Positions 18,645 through 46,872 of a DNA stretch of 64,000 nt are shown here, piece after piece. The notes below the pieces were generated by a model. The model did not search any database, was not told the DNA's origin, and was given only the letters and a program-made list of their open reading frames with translations. The position numbers and the translations under genes are program-made. The stretch is from the human T2T-CHM13v2.0 reference genome, Homo sapiens, in NCBI RefSeq assembly GCF_009914755.1, contig NC_060934.1, one strand, 5' to 3'. Each line of letters starts with the position of its first letter. Position 1 is the stretch's first letter.

Positions 18645-19265
18645 TGTCACTGAGATTGCTCATCGCCCACCTAATATTCATTCTCCCCTGGTTTCTTAGG
18701 AACAGAATTCCAATTTTATTTGGGGACCACAATGTGCTCCACTAAAAGACTCCATTCCTCAGCCTCTCTTGCAACGTAAGAGGAGGCTGATAAGGTATAA
18801 ATGGAAGGGGTGTCCCCGAAAATTCTTTATAAGAGGAGGCTGATAAGGTGTAAATGTAAGGGGTGGCCCTGAAAATTCTTTATAAGAGGAGACTGATAAG
18901 GTGTAAATGGCTGGGGTGTCCCCGAAAATTCTTTATAAGAGACTTAACTCTGCTGACAGACACCCTTTTTGCTTGTCTCTTTTTCTTTTACTTCCTGCCT
19001 GTAATGTGAATGGGATGGCTGGAGATCCAACAGCCCTCTTAGATCATGAGGTGACCATGTAGATGGAACCCATACACTAAAGATGGTAGAGCAGAAAGCT
19101 GGGGAGCCTGATTCCCTGATGACCGTGGAGCTCCCAAACAAGCTCCAGGTTTCACATCTCTGACAACATTTACAGGAGAGGAAAAATAAATACATCTCTG
19201 CCTTGATCAAGCCATGATATTTTGGGTATTCTGCTATGTGTAGCCAAACCTCATTCTTCACTGAT
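18645..19265 (+). mobile_element. MLT1J/K-like LTR containing a tandem repeat
   Basis: GATGGCTGGAG...GATCATGAGG...GATGGTAGAGCAGAAAGCTGGGGAGCCTG...AATAAA...AAGCCA motifs of old MLT1 LTRs. Confidence 0.6.
18778..18941 (+). repeat. 53-bp tandem repeat, 3.1 copies
   Basis: Units at 18778-18830, 18831-18883 and 18884-18936; consensus AAGAGGAGGCTGATAAGGTGTAAATGGAAGGGGTGTCCCCGAAAATTCTTTAT. Confidence 0.95.
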
Positions 19266-19526
19266 AAGGGAATGGAAGCTAGCATTTATTGAGCACTGAC
19301 TATGACCCACGAACTCTCTTATGCTATCTCAGTTAATTCTCACAATAATAACTTCAAAGATGAAGAAACTGAGAGTAAGTGAGATTAGATAATGTTTCCT
19401 GGGTCATTCAGCTGGCAGCAGACCTGGAGTTCAAACCCAGATCAGAGCCAGGAGTGGTGGTTCATGCCTGTAATCCCAGCACTTTGGGAGGCTGAGGTGG
19501 GCAGATCACCTGAGGTCAGGAGTTCA

Positions 19527-19760
<234 letters not shown>

Positions 19761-19940
19761 TCAGTCTGAGCCCAGAGTCCATGATCTTCCGACAGTACAA
19801 TGACATACTGAATGGCTTCCAGACAGTTGATTTGAAAGTATTCCCTGAGGGCCGGGCACGGTGGTTCACACCTGTAATCCCAGCACTTTGGGAGGCCGAG
19901 GCGGGCGGATCACGAGGTCAGATGGAGACCATCCTGGCTA

Positions 19941-20336
<396 letters not shown>

Positions 20337-20689
20337 TTAGGACTTGGCTTCATAGACTCTAGAGTGTTAGAGGTGGAAATCACTCTAATAGGTCATTATT
20401 GGACACATGTGGAAACTAAGGCCAAGAGAGGCAAAGTGACCTTTCTAACACCACACTTTGAGTTGGAGGTTGAACCAGGACTAGAACCCTGGTCCCTATT
20501 CCTAATCTGGTGCCTTTTTGCTATATCCAACCACCTACTTTCTCCCTACCAGTACATTCAAAAAGTAACTGTAGAAATTATTTTCTTGATCTGACGCTTT
20601 AACTTTGTAGTTCTCTGTAAATCTACCACTAGCTCCTAGAGGGCTAATCAAACCTTGAACCTCCTTACATAAGCCTCGCTTGGTCATAA

Positions 20690-22330
<1,641 letters not shown>

Positions 22331-22922
22331 AGACTGCAAACTCTGTCTTCTTTACTGTGGTGGGCAGCAGCAGAACTCGCTGCCCAGTTTTTTCAGCCTG
22401 TAATGGGCTGCTCAGAGCCTTCCCTACAGAAGTCGGCCAGAGGTTTGGGCAGAGTTCATGCACAGGGCCTGGAGCTCTCCTCTACTGCTCACTCCTTTCT
22501 GAGATAACACCCTCCTTTTGCAGCTGCTGTGTCCTTTGGTTCTCCAACGCAGTTACACAGTATAGGATCTATCTGAATTTTAGCCGCGGCCCAGGACATG
22601 GAATGGGGCCTGCCCTCTGACGAAAAGCTGGAAACTGAGAACCCCAGTGCTGTTCCTTTCTTCTAAGCATTGGCTCTTCTCCAGTGTTTGGCTACTTTTT
22701 TCTTGTTCTCCATTGCCTTTAGGTTCTTGTTTGTGTTTCTTTTGCCCAGTTAATAGTGCTGCCTCTGGTATGACTGGTCCAAGAAACAACTCGTGTATTG
22801 TTGGGAGCATCTTGAGCCCAAAAAAGAGGTGGACTCACTGAGCAATGCCTGAGGTGCCACTCTGTAAGGAATGCTAAAACATCATAGGAATAAATCAGAT
22901 ATATGGTGCCAATTAACTCAAG

Positions 22923-26145
<3,223 letters not shown>

Positions 26146-26208
26146 ATAAGTCTGATATAGGATGCCCAGGATTGGCATGGAAGAACCATGCTTATCAGGA
26201 GCCCAGAC

Positions 26209-26633
26209 TGTCAGGCCTCTGAGCCCAAGCCAAGCCATCGCATCCCCTGTGACTTGCACGTATATGCCCAGATGGCCTGAAGTAACTGAAGAATCACAAA
26301 AGAAATGAAAAGGCCCTGCCCCGCCTTAACTGATGACATTCCACCATTGTGATTTGTTCCTGCCCCACCTTAACTGAGTGATTAACCCTGTGAATTTCCT
26401 TCTCCTGGCTAAGAAACTCCCCCACTGAGCACCTTGTGACCCCCGCCCCTGCCCCCCAGAGAACAACCCCCTTTGACTGTCATTTTCCATTACCTTCCCA
26501 AATCCTATAAAACTCAGCCTATAAGACTCAGCCCGCCTATAAGACTCAGCCCGCCTGCACCCAGGTGAAATAAACAGCCATGTTGCTCACACAAAGCCTG
26601 TTTGGTGGTCTCTTCACACGGATGCGCATGAAA
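26209..26633 (+). repeat. HERV-H 5' LTR (LTR7), rearranged downstream of the TATA box
   Basis: TGTCAGGCCTCTGAGCCCAAG...GCATGAAA; aligns with the 3' LTR except across about 26514-26545. Confidence 0.93.
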
Positions 26634-27510
26634 TTTGGTGCAAGAACCCCCCACCCCTTCTCCGTGTCTCTACTCTTTTCTCTGGGCTTGCCTCCTTCAC
26701 TATCGGTAAGCTTCCACCTTCCATTCCTCCTTCTTCTCCCTTAGCCTGTGTTCTCAAAAACTTAAAACCTCTTCAACTCACACCTGACCTAAAACCTAAA
26801 TGCCTTATTTTCTTCTGCAATGCCGCTTGACCCCAATACAAACTCGACAGTAGTTCCAAATAGCCAGAAAATGGCACTTTGAATTTTTCCATCCTGCAAA
26901 ATCTAAATAATTCTTGTCGTAAAACAGGCAAACGGTCTGAGGTGCCTGACGTCCAGGCATTCTTTTACACATCAGTCCCTTCCTAGTCTCCTTGCCCAGT
27001 GCAACTCGTCCCAAATCTTCCTTCTTTCCCTCTGGCCTGTCCCCTCAGTACCAACCCCAAGCGTCGCTGAGTCTTTCTAATCTTCCTTTTCTACAGACCC
27101 ATCTGACCTCTCCCTTCCTCCCCAGGCTGCTCCTCGCCAGGCCGAGCTAGGTCCCAATTCTTCCTCAGCCTCTGCTCTTCCACCCTATAATCTTTTTATC
27201 ACCTCCCCTCCTCACACCTGGTCCGGCTTACAGTTTCGTTCCATGACTAGCCCTCCCCCACCTGCCCAGCAATTTACTCTTAAAAAGCCAAAGGCATAGT
27301 CAAGGTTAATGCTCCTTTTTCTTTATCCCAAATCAGATAGCATTTAGGCATTTTCATCAAATATAAAAATCCAGCCCAGTTCATGGCTCGTTTAGCAGCA
27401 ATCCTGAGACACTTTACAGACCTAGACCCTAAAAGGTCAAAAGGCCGTCTTATTCTCAATATACATTTTATTACCCAATCTGCTCCCGACATTAAATAAA
27501 ACTCCAAAAA

Positions 27511-27801
27511 TTGGAATCTGGCCCTCAAACCCCACAACAGGACTTAATTAACCTCACCTTCAAGGTGTACAATAACAGAAAAAAGTTGCAATTCCTTGCC
27601 TCCATTGTGAGACAAACCCCAGCCACATCTCCAGCACACAAGAACTTCCAAACGCCTGAACCGCAGCAGCCAGGCATTCCTCCAGAACCTCCTCCCCCAG
27701 GAGCTTGCTACACGTGCCGGAAATCTGGCCACCAAGCCAAGGAATGCCCGCAGCCCAGGATTCCTCCTAAGCCGTGTCCCATCTGTGTGGGACCCCACTG
27801 A
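27511..27801 (+). pseudogene. gag: HERV-H gag nucleocapsid remnant
   Basis: CCHC zinc knuckle CYTCRKSGHQAKEC (27706-27747). The second knuckle CPICVGPH is cut by TGA. Confidence 0.85.
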
Positions 27802-27981
27802 AAATCGGACTGTTCAACTCACCTGGCAGCCACTCCCAGAGCCCCTGGAACTCTGGCCCAAGGCTCTCTGACTGACTCCTTCCCAGATCTTCTCGGCTTA
27901 GTGGCTGAAGACTGACACTGCCCGATCACCTCGGAAGCCCCCTAGACCATCACGGACGCCGAGCTTCGGGTAACTCTCACA

Positions 27982-28864
27982 GTGGGAAGTAAGCCCATCC
28001 CCTTCTTAATCAATACGGAGGCTACCCATTCCATATTACCTTCTTTTCAAGGGCCTGTTTCCCTTGCCTCCATAACTGTTGTGGGTATTGACGGCCAGGC
28101 TTCTAAACCTCTTAAAACTCCCCAACTCTGGTGCCAACTTAGACAATACTCTTTTAAGCACTCCTTTTTAGTTATCCCCACCTGCCCAGTTCCCTTATTA
28201 GGCTGAGACAATTTAACTAAATTATCTGCTTCCCTGACTATTCCTGGACTACAGCTATATCTCATTGCCGCCCTTCTTCCCAATCCAAAGCCTCCTTTGC
28301 GTCCTCCTCTTGTATCCCCCCACCTTAACCCACAAGTATAAGATACCTCTACTCCCTCCTTGGCGACCGATCATGCACCCCTTACCATCTCATTAAAACC
28401 TAATCACCCTTACCCCACTCAACGCCGATATCCCATCCCGCAGCACGCTTTAAAAGGATTAAAGCCTGTTATCACTCGCCTGCTACAGCATGGGCTTTTA
28501 AAGCCTATAAACTCTCCTTACAATTCCCACATTTTACCTGTCCTAAAACCAGACAAGCCTTACAAGTTAGTTCAGGATCTGCGCCTTATCAACCAAATTG
28601 TTTTGACTATCCACCCCGTGGTGCCAAACCCATATACTCTCCTATCCTCAATACCTGCCTCTATAACCCATTATTCTGTTCCAGATCTCAAATATGCTTT
28701 CTTTACTATTCCTTTGCACCCTTAATCCCAGCCTCTCTTCACTTTCACTTGGACTGACCCTGACGCCCATCAAGCTCAGCAAATTACCTAGTCTGTACTG
28801 CTGCAAAGCTTCACAGACAGCCCCCATTACTTCAGTCAAGCCCAAATTTCATCCTCATCTGTTA
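27982..28864 (+). pseudogene. pol: HERV-H protease and N-terminal reverse transcriptase remnants
   Basis: FLINTEATHS (degenerate DTGA active site) and NSPYNSHILPVLKPDKPYKLVQDLRLIN (RT motif). Multiple stops; truncated at about 28864, where it joins the 3' env remnant. Confidence 0.85.
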
Positions 28865-29409
28865 GTCATACTCCTATTCACCGTTCTCAACTACTCATAC
28901 ATGCCCTGCTCTTGTTTACACTGCCGGTTTACACTGTTTCTCCAAGCCATCACAGCTGATATCTCCCAGTGCTATCCCCAAACTGCCACTCTAAACTCTT
29001 GAAGTAAATAAATAATCTTTGCTGGCAGGACTATGCTGAATCTCCTTAGGCACTCTCTAATTAGATGCCCTAGGTCCTCCCAATTCTTAGTCCTTTTATA
29101 CCTGTTTTTCTCCTACTCTTATTCCATTTAGTTTTTCAATTCATACAAAACCATATCCAGGCCATCACCAATCATTCTATACAACAAACGTTTCTTCTTA
29201 CATCCCCACAATATCACCCCTTACCACAAGATCTCCCTTCAGCTTAATCTCTCCCACTCTAGGTTCCCACACCGCCCCTAATCCCGCTTGAAACAGCCCT
29301 GAGAAACGTCGCCCATTCTCTCTCCATACCACCCCCCAAAATTTTTCGCCGCCCCAACACTTCAACACTATTTTGTTTTATTTTTCTTATTAATATAAGA
29401 AGGCAGGAA

Positions 29410-29843
29410 TGTCAGGCCTCTGAGCCCAAGCCAAGCCATCGCATCCCCTGTGACTTGCACGTATACGCCCAGATGGCCTGAAGTAACTGAAGAATCACAA
29501 AAGAAATGAAAAGGCCCTGCCCCGCCTTAACTGATGACACTCCACCATTGTGATTTGTTCCTGCCCCACCTTAACTGAGTGATTAACCCTGTGAATTTCC
29601 TTCTCCTGGCTCAGAAGCTCCCCTACTGAGCATCTTGTGACCCCCGCCCCTGCCCCCCAGAGAACAACCCCCTTTGACTGTAATTTTCCATTACCTTCCC
29701 AAATCCTATAAAACGGCCCCATCCCTATCTCCCTTCGCTGACTCTCTTTTCGGACTCAGCCCGCCTGCACCCAGGTGAAATAAACAGCCATGTTGCTCAC
29801 ACAGAGCCTATTTGGTGGTCTCTTCACACGGACGTGCATGAAA
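29410..29843 (+). repeat. HERV-H 3' LTR (LTR7), intact
   Basis: 434 bp with TATA box CCTATAAAAC and AATAAA. About 11 substitutions versus the 5' LTR by manual comparison. Confidence 0.95.
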
Positions 29844-30578
29844 CAGACTTCTTCCATTATATTCTTAACTGTGGTTTTCACTCTTATGATCTCCTTATGC
29901 TCCAAGATGGCTGCTGAATCTCCAGCCATAAATCCCTTATTCCAGGTAGGAAGCAAACAGAGTAGGGAAGGGCCAAAAGGGCACAGGCCAACTCTCTGCC
30001 TCCTTTTTAAAAGCTTTTTTGAAACTCTCACCTAACAGATTTATTTATACTCCCATCTGAAAGGGAAGCAAGGAAACAAAGTCCTTTAGATGTTAAAAGG
30101 CACCTAGTTAGTCTCAGCCACATCTAGTTAGGTAAACCCTCCCCATCCCCATTCTTTTTTTGTTAATTGGTTATTCTCAGACATTTATGTTTTTTAATTA
30201 ATAGATGTTTTAGAATTAAGGAAAAATAGAACAGATAGTACAGAGTTTCCATATATCCTGCCCGCTTCTCATATAACCCCTCCCACCACAGTTTTCCCTA
30301 TTTTTAACATCTTGCATTAGTGTAGTACGTTTATTACAATTAATGAATCAATATTGGTACATTACTATTAACTAAGGTCCATAGTTTACATTAAGATTTA
30401 CCCTGTATTGTATACTTCCATGGGTTTTGATATATGTATAATGTCATGTGCCCACCATTACAGTATCAAACAATCATTTTGCCACACTAAAAGTTCACTG
30501 TGCTTCATTTATTCATCCCTTCCTGAACACTCCTGAACTCCTGGCAACCATTAATCATTTTATTGTCTCTACAGTTTG

Positions 30579-30914
30579 TGATATGGTTTGGCTCTCTATC
30601 CCCATTCAAATCTCATCTCAAATTGTAATCCCCATGTGTAGAGGGAGGAACCTGGTGGGAGGTGATTGGATCATGGGGGTGGTTTCCCCCATACTGTTCT
30701 CATGATAATGAGGAAGTTCTCACAAGGTCTGATGGTTTTAGAAGTGGCAGTTTCTCCTGCGCACTCTCTCTCTCCTGCAGTCTTATGAAGAAGGTGCTTG
30801 GTTTCCTTAGGCCTCCTCAGACATGTGGAACTGTGAGTCAATTAAACCTATTTTCTTTATAAATTACCCAGTCTTAGGTAGTTCTTTATAGCAGTGTGAG
30901 AACAGACTAATAAA
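30579..30914 (+). mobile_element. THE1D-like MaLR solo LTR
   Basis: TGATATGGTTTGGCTC...GAACTGTGAGTCAATTAAACC...GTTCTTTATAGCAGTGTGAGAACAGACTAATA; 5-bp TSD GTTTG at 30574-30578 and 30915-30919. Confidence 0.85.
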
Positions 30915-31957
30915 GTTTGCCTTTTCCCAAATGTCATACAGTATGCAGCCTTTTCAGACTGGCTTCTTTCACTTAGCAATATGCATTTAAGTTTCCTCCA
31001 TGTCTTTTCATGGCTTAAGAGCTCACTTCATTTATCATTTAGTAATATTCCATTGTATGGATATACTATAGTTGGTTTATCCACCTATTGAAGGACAGCT
31101 TGATTGTTTCCAGCCTTTGGCAATTGTGATTAAAGGTACTTACGAACATTTGCGTGGAGGGTTGTTGTTAGTTTTTGTTTTTCAGGGTTTTTTTTGAGGC
31201 AGGATCTCACTCTGTTGCCCAGGCTGGAGTGCAGTGGTAGGATCATAGCTCACTGCAACCTCAAAACCTTGAACTCCTGGGCTCAAGCAATCCTCCTACC
31301 TCTTGAGTAGCTAGGACTATTAATTTTTAAACTTTTTGTAGAGATAGAGGCTTGCTACGTTGGGCTCAAACAATCCTCCTGCTTGGCCCTCCCAAAGTGC
31401 TGGGATCACAGGCCTAAACCACAGCACCTGGCCTGTGGGCAGACTTTTATGTGGACATAATTTCAATTGGGTAAATACCTAGAAGCACAATTGCTGAATT
31501 ATACAGCAATTTGCAGTCCCCTAATGACATATGGTGTTGAGTATCTTTTCATATACTTATTTGCCATCTGTATATCTTCTTTTGTGAAGTGCCTATTGAG
31601 GTATTTTGTCCATTTTATAATCGGACTGTTTGGGGTTTTTTTACTGTTGAATTTTAAGAGTTCCTTGTATATTTTGGATGCAAGTTCTTTATTTCTCAGG
31701 TGCATGTCTTGCAGAAATTTTCTCCCAATCTATGGCTTCTCTTTACAGTCTGAACAGTGTCAAACTTTCACAGAGCAATAGTTTTTTGTTTTAATGAAGC
31801 CCAACTTGTCAATTTTCTTGTTTCATGCGTTGTGCTTTGGTGTTATATCTAAAAAGTAACAGCCAAACCCAAGTAACCAAGCTTTTCTCTGATGTGAGCT
31901 TCTCAAATTTTGATAGGTGTGTGCTTTACATTTAGATCTATAATCCATTTTGAGTTA

Positions 31958-32245
31958 CAGGCATACCCTGTGTTATTGCACTTCACTTTATTGTACTTCT
32001 CAGATTTTGTGTTTTTTTACAAATGGAAGGTTTGTGACAACCATGCACTGAGCAAATCTATTGGTACGTTTTTCCAACAGCATGTGATCACTAGTGTCTC
32101 TGTGTCACAGTTTCATAATTATTGCAATCTTTCAAACTTTATTTTATGGTTATATCTGTTATGGTGATCTATGATCAGTGATATTAGATGTTACTATTGC
32201 AATTGTTTTAGGGCACCCAGAACTGTGCCCATATAAGATAGTAAA
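31958..32245 (+). mobile_element. Tigger1 DNA transposon 5' fragment
   Basis: TA target followed by CAGGCATACC...TTTTTACAAATGGAAGGTTTGTG...GCCCATATAAGA, matching the Tigger1 left end. Confidence 0.8.
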
Positions 32246-32322
32246 ATAGTTTGTATCTTTCATGGAATTGGTTAATTTCATCTAAGTTTTCAAATTTGTA
32301 GGCATAGAGTTTGTTCATAATA

Positions 32323-35634
<3,312 letters not shown>

Positions 35635-36392
35635 CTAGTTCTGGATATGGACTGTGTTGGTGGGACCAACTTAAAGACAGAAGAAAAAGAATAGAAAAAC
35701 CCGCTCCATCTCCTTTAGTGTTCCCTGCCTCCCCAGAAAAATATACTTTCTTAAAGGTGCAAATGAAAATTGTGAACCCAATGCTGGCTATGATCTTTTT
35801 GAGGTCCACTGAGCAACGCAATATTCTCCTTGGGTTAAATTTGTGTTACATTTATCTGAATCGATTGAAATTCAAGAAACTATAGGCAAAAAAGTATTTA
35901 ATACTCAGTGCAGAAAAATTAAAACAGCAAAGTCAAAAGGCAAAAATAAAAATAAAAATAAGCCGCAGTCTCCTCAGTGAGCAGCAGCACCGTAACAAGA
36001 CAATGCATTCAGGCTTTCCTGATGCTTCTATATAAACAGGTCGACAGTCTCTCATCTGTAATTCCCCCAGGCAAAAATCCCTGGAACCACAAGGTTGTTT
36101 TGTTTTTGTGTTTGTTTTCCAAGTTTGTAGTGAATTTATTTGGCTGCACCACCTGATCCAAACTGATGTGGTGCTATTTATATTCTTCAGTTATCTCACT
36201 TAATGTGAATACTCGTATGTTTCACTGCAGAAATATTAATGAATTTGGCTGTCGTGAGTTGCTACTTCAAGCACACTAAGGATGTTCCATAATTATACAC
36301 CTTTGTAAAATCTGAAAAAGTTTGAATCACAAAATACATTGACCCCCAAGGGTCAGAACAGTGGACCTGAATACTTAAAAGAAGCGATGATA

Positions 36393-37001
<609 letters not shown>

Positions 37002-37841
37002 TTAAAAAAAAATAAGTGATGATAAAACAGTGATGCTGTACAGCATCTACATGTTCTAGGTACTGCCAAGCACTTTGCATATATTAATCAAATGCTTGTA
37101 ACAATTCTATAGGGTAACTACTATTACCTTCATCTGCATTTTACATATGAGGAACAGGATTACATTGTACCTACTGTTTCACGCTTGCTTTCTGCACTTA
37201 ATATGTCTTGAACATATTTCAATTGAGTGAACATTCATCCACAGCACTGTGGCTGCATCATGCCCTGTTGTGCGGCTGTGCTATCATTTCACCTGTCCTC
37301 TGGTACTGGACACTTAGGTTGCTTCCATACCCTTTCTTTTTGGTGCATTTCTCTGTGAGACCCTTCAGTAGAGGCTTGTGAGTCATCCCTCTCAAACCTT
37401 TGATCATGAGAAAACAGCACACCCCAGTGGCTATTGGCTCCTTGAGAGGAAGCTATATCTTCCTACCTCTTGACCATTTCCCTTTTATTTTTTATTTTTT
37501 CCTATTCTAACAGAAATGTGCTCGTTCTTTGTATATCTCTGTCTAATCTCCCAGCATCTGAGAGATCCATTTTGCCATTGCTGGGGCAGGATCTGAGATG
37601 GCCGGCATCCCTCACTTCAGGCAACACGGCCTCTTTGGTTTCCTACCCTGATATCCTGTCGGTTCTACTGACCTACTTCCCTCTCTGTGTGACTTGGTTT
37701 CAGAAGGTTAGTATGTCGTCGGTGTGAGGTCTGCATCCCTATTGTCTGATGCTACATATTTAGTTGAATGGGTCCTCTCTTGATGTCTTTTAATCTTGGT
37801 TCTTTTCCCAGAGTTGCCACTAAAATTGTCCCATGCCACTT

Positions 37842-38928
<1,087 letters not shown>

Positions 38929-39522
38929 TAATATCACTCTTCCCAAGTCTAGGGATTCGTTTTTTCCCCTTCACACTCTCCAGGTGGGACCTCTCGCTCT
39001 CTCACTTCCCATCCAGGACAGCCTATCCCCCTAGGAGATCTGTCAGTGGATCTGTGTGGAGTTAGACTATGGGTATGAGAAAAATGGTTTCTTTCTTCTG
39101 CTGAACCATAAAAGAATCCCAAACCAGTCCTTTCACATACATTAAACATATTTTCTTCATCAAATTGGGTGTTGTTACTTATACTAAAACTATGGGCAGT
39201 TTTTCTTTACCCCCAAAATCAAAGTTTATATTTCAAGGAGGAGAGAGTTCTTTTTTTGAGTGCTTAGAATACAATAAATGCTGTTACACTATCTTATTTA
39301 ACCCTCATAACAACCCTGAGTCTTACAACCCATTTTCTCTTCTTCAGAGAATGGAAAACTGAGGCTCAGAGAGGTTAAGTAACTTACTAAAAATCACACA
39401 GTAAATAGAGGGATACAGCTATGTCAACCCCAGAGCTTTTTGGTTCTGTCTCTACACCAAACTGCCTTTGGGAATTTTCCAGATGAGGTGAGTGCAGCAC
39501 AGAGACAATAAATGGTACAGAG

Positions 39523-43353
<3,831 letters not shown>

Positions 43354-43364
43354 AGTATGAGGTA

Positions 43365-44191
<827 letters not shown>

Positions 44192-44452
44192 AAAAAAAAG
44201 AGCACGAGGGAACTAGAGACTAATGGAAACATTCTATGTCTTGGCTATAGTGGTTATTACATGTAATACAAATTTGTGACAATTAGTCAAAGTGTATACT
44301 TTAAGTGAATGAATTGCATTTTATGCAAAATATTCCTCAAAAATGATTAAAAATAGAATACATAAGCAAGAATATTAAGAAAAATGTGGAAAGTAAACAA
44401 AATCAGGTGGTTTTGATTTTCTAGCTATTTTAATTTGCTATAATTTACATTA

Positions 44453-45115
<663 letters not shown>

Positions 45116-45245
45116 ATAAATCATTCTGTTAATAAAGGAGTATGACCCTAAGATCACCTCAATAGGTGCTAATAAGGTGTTTAATAAAAGTTAAAACTCA
45201 TGTTCTAGAAACAAAAACAATGAAGAGAAACTAATAATAGCTTCT

Positions 45246-45660
45246 GGCCAGGCACAGTGGCTCATGCCTGTAATCCCAGCACTTTGGGAGGCCGAGGTGG
45301 GTGGATAACCTGAGGTCAGGAGTTCAAGACCAGCTTGGCCAACGTGGCAAAACCCTATCTCTACTAAAAATACAAAAAAATTAGCCGAGCATGGTGGCGC
45401 ACGCCTGTAGTCCCAGCTACTCGGGAGGCTGAGGCATGAGAATTGCTTGAACCCAGGCAACAGAAGGTTGTAGTGAGCTGAGATTGTGCCACTGCACTCC
45501 AGCCTGGGTGATTGAGTGAGACTCTGTCAAAAAAGAAAAAAGAAAGAAAGGAAGAGAGAAAGAGAGAAGGAAAGGAAGGAAGGAAGGAAGGGAGGGAGGG
45601 AGGGAGGAAGGAGAAAGAAAGAAAGAGAAAGAAAGAAAGAGAAAGAAAGAAAGGGAAAAC
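45246..45660 (+). mobile_element. AluS with a long purine-only (GAAA/GGAA/GGGA) tail
   Basis: Alu body 45246-45528; purine tract to about 45659. Confidence 0.85.
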
Positions 45661-46578
45661 TTCTTTAACGCGATAAAGATTATCCATCAGAAACCAAGAG
45701 TGTTGGTATCCAAGAAAATGTTAAAATTTTTTTTTAATTAAAGAAAAAGAAACCAAGACCAAATATCATAGGGAATGGTGAAACACGCGTTTTAATGACA
45801 AGTGCCTGCTAACATCTATGACTCAGCATTGTACTGCAGTATCATTCTGGAATCACCACTGGGTCTCTACAGGGGAGGTACATACACCCTTAGAGATGTA
45901 TACATATATACCTTCTAGGAAATGTATTGGAAGAATGTGGGAGCATATTTAGTTATCATAATGATCAGGGAGTTGATATTTTACATATGAATTCAAGGAT
46001 TAAGTCCTTTGCAAGGATTTAATAATACACTGAAAAAATTCCAAGAATGAAACTAGCACATAGTGTGAGGGAATATCGTACTTTGCTTTTTCCAAACTGT
46101 ATCAAAAGTTGTTGAGCATTTGGAAAAATCTTGTACCTGTAGCACCATGGTAGATATTTGAGTAGCCTAGTATCAGTCTAAATGTGTGTTGTCACATTCC
46201 CAGTGGTAATGGACATAGATAGAAGTATCTCTGACAGCTTCATTATGGCTGTTAGTATATTTCCGTCCCTAACATTTACATATTGAAGTAATACTATCTT
46301 ATTATAGAATTCTTTTCCTTAGGTTCTCCTTAAGTCCTTATTACCTTATAGCATAATACTTATGGTTTAGAAATTATGAGATTAAGTGGCTTATATTGCC
46401 TACAAATTTCATTTTAGATTATTAAAAGTATTGTTACATATTCTTTGTTATAAATGTGATAGAATTAAGAACCACTGTTCTAGGCTGGGTGCGGTAGCTC
46501 ACACCTGCAATCCCAGCACTTTGGGAGGCTGAGGCAGGCAAATCACTTGAGGTCAGGAGTTTGAGACCAGCCTGGTCA

Positions 46579-46872
<294 letters not shown>

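Larger units (their letters stand above)
26209..29843 (+). mobile_element. HERV-H provirus (LTR7-int-LTR7), internally deleted, 3635 bp
   Basis: Two LTR7-type LTRs, perfect 5-bp TSD CAGAC (26204-26208 and 29844-29848), polypurine tract AAGAAGGCAGGAA before the 3' LTR, and gag/pro/pol remnants. Inserted into an older MLT1 fragment. Confidence 0.95.
30190..32320 (-). mobile_element. Old L1M (L1MC-like) 3' region with nested THE1D, Alu (31190-31433) and Tigger1
   Basis: Minus-strand ORF remnant [45 protein letters not shown] matches the L1 ORF2 C-terminal region. Confidence 0.75.

Noticed and set aside
18778-18941. CRISPR-like repeat array
   Set aside because: Units are contiguous tandem copies without unique spacers, in a human context with no cas genes.
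27511-28864. Functional retroviral Gag-Pro-Pol
   Set aside because: Multiple stops, a degenerate protease active site, RT truncated before the catalytic YXDD region, and no integrase or PBS.
45560-45610. GGAA microsatellite as an EWSR1-FLI1-type enhancer
   Set aside because: Only about 4-5 consecutive GGAA units within a mixed purine tract; too short to argue for function.
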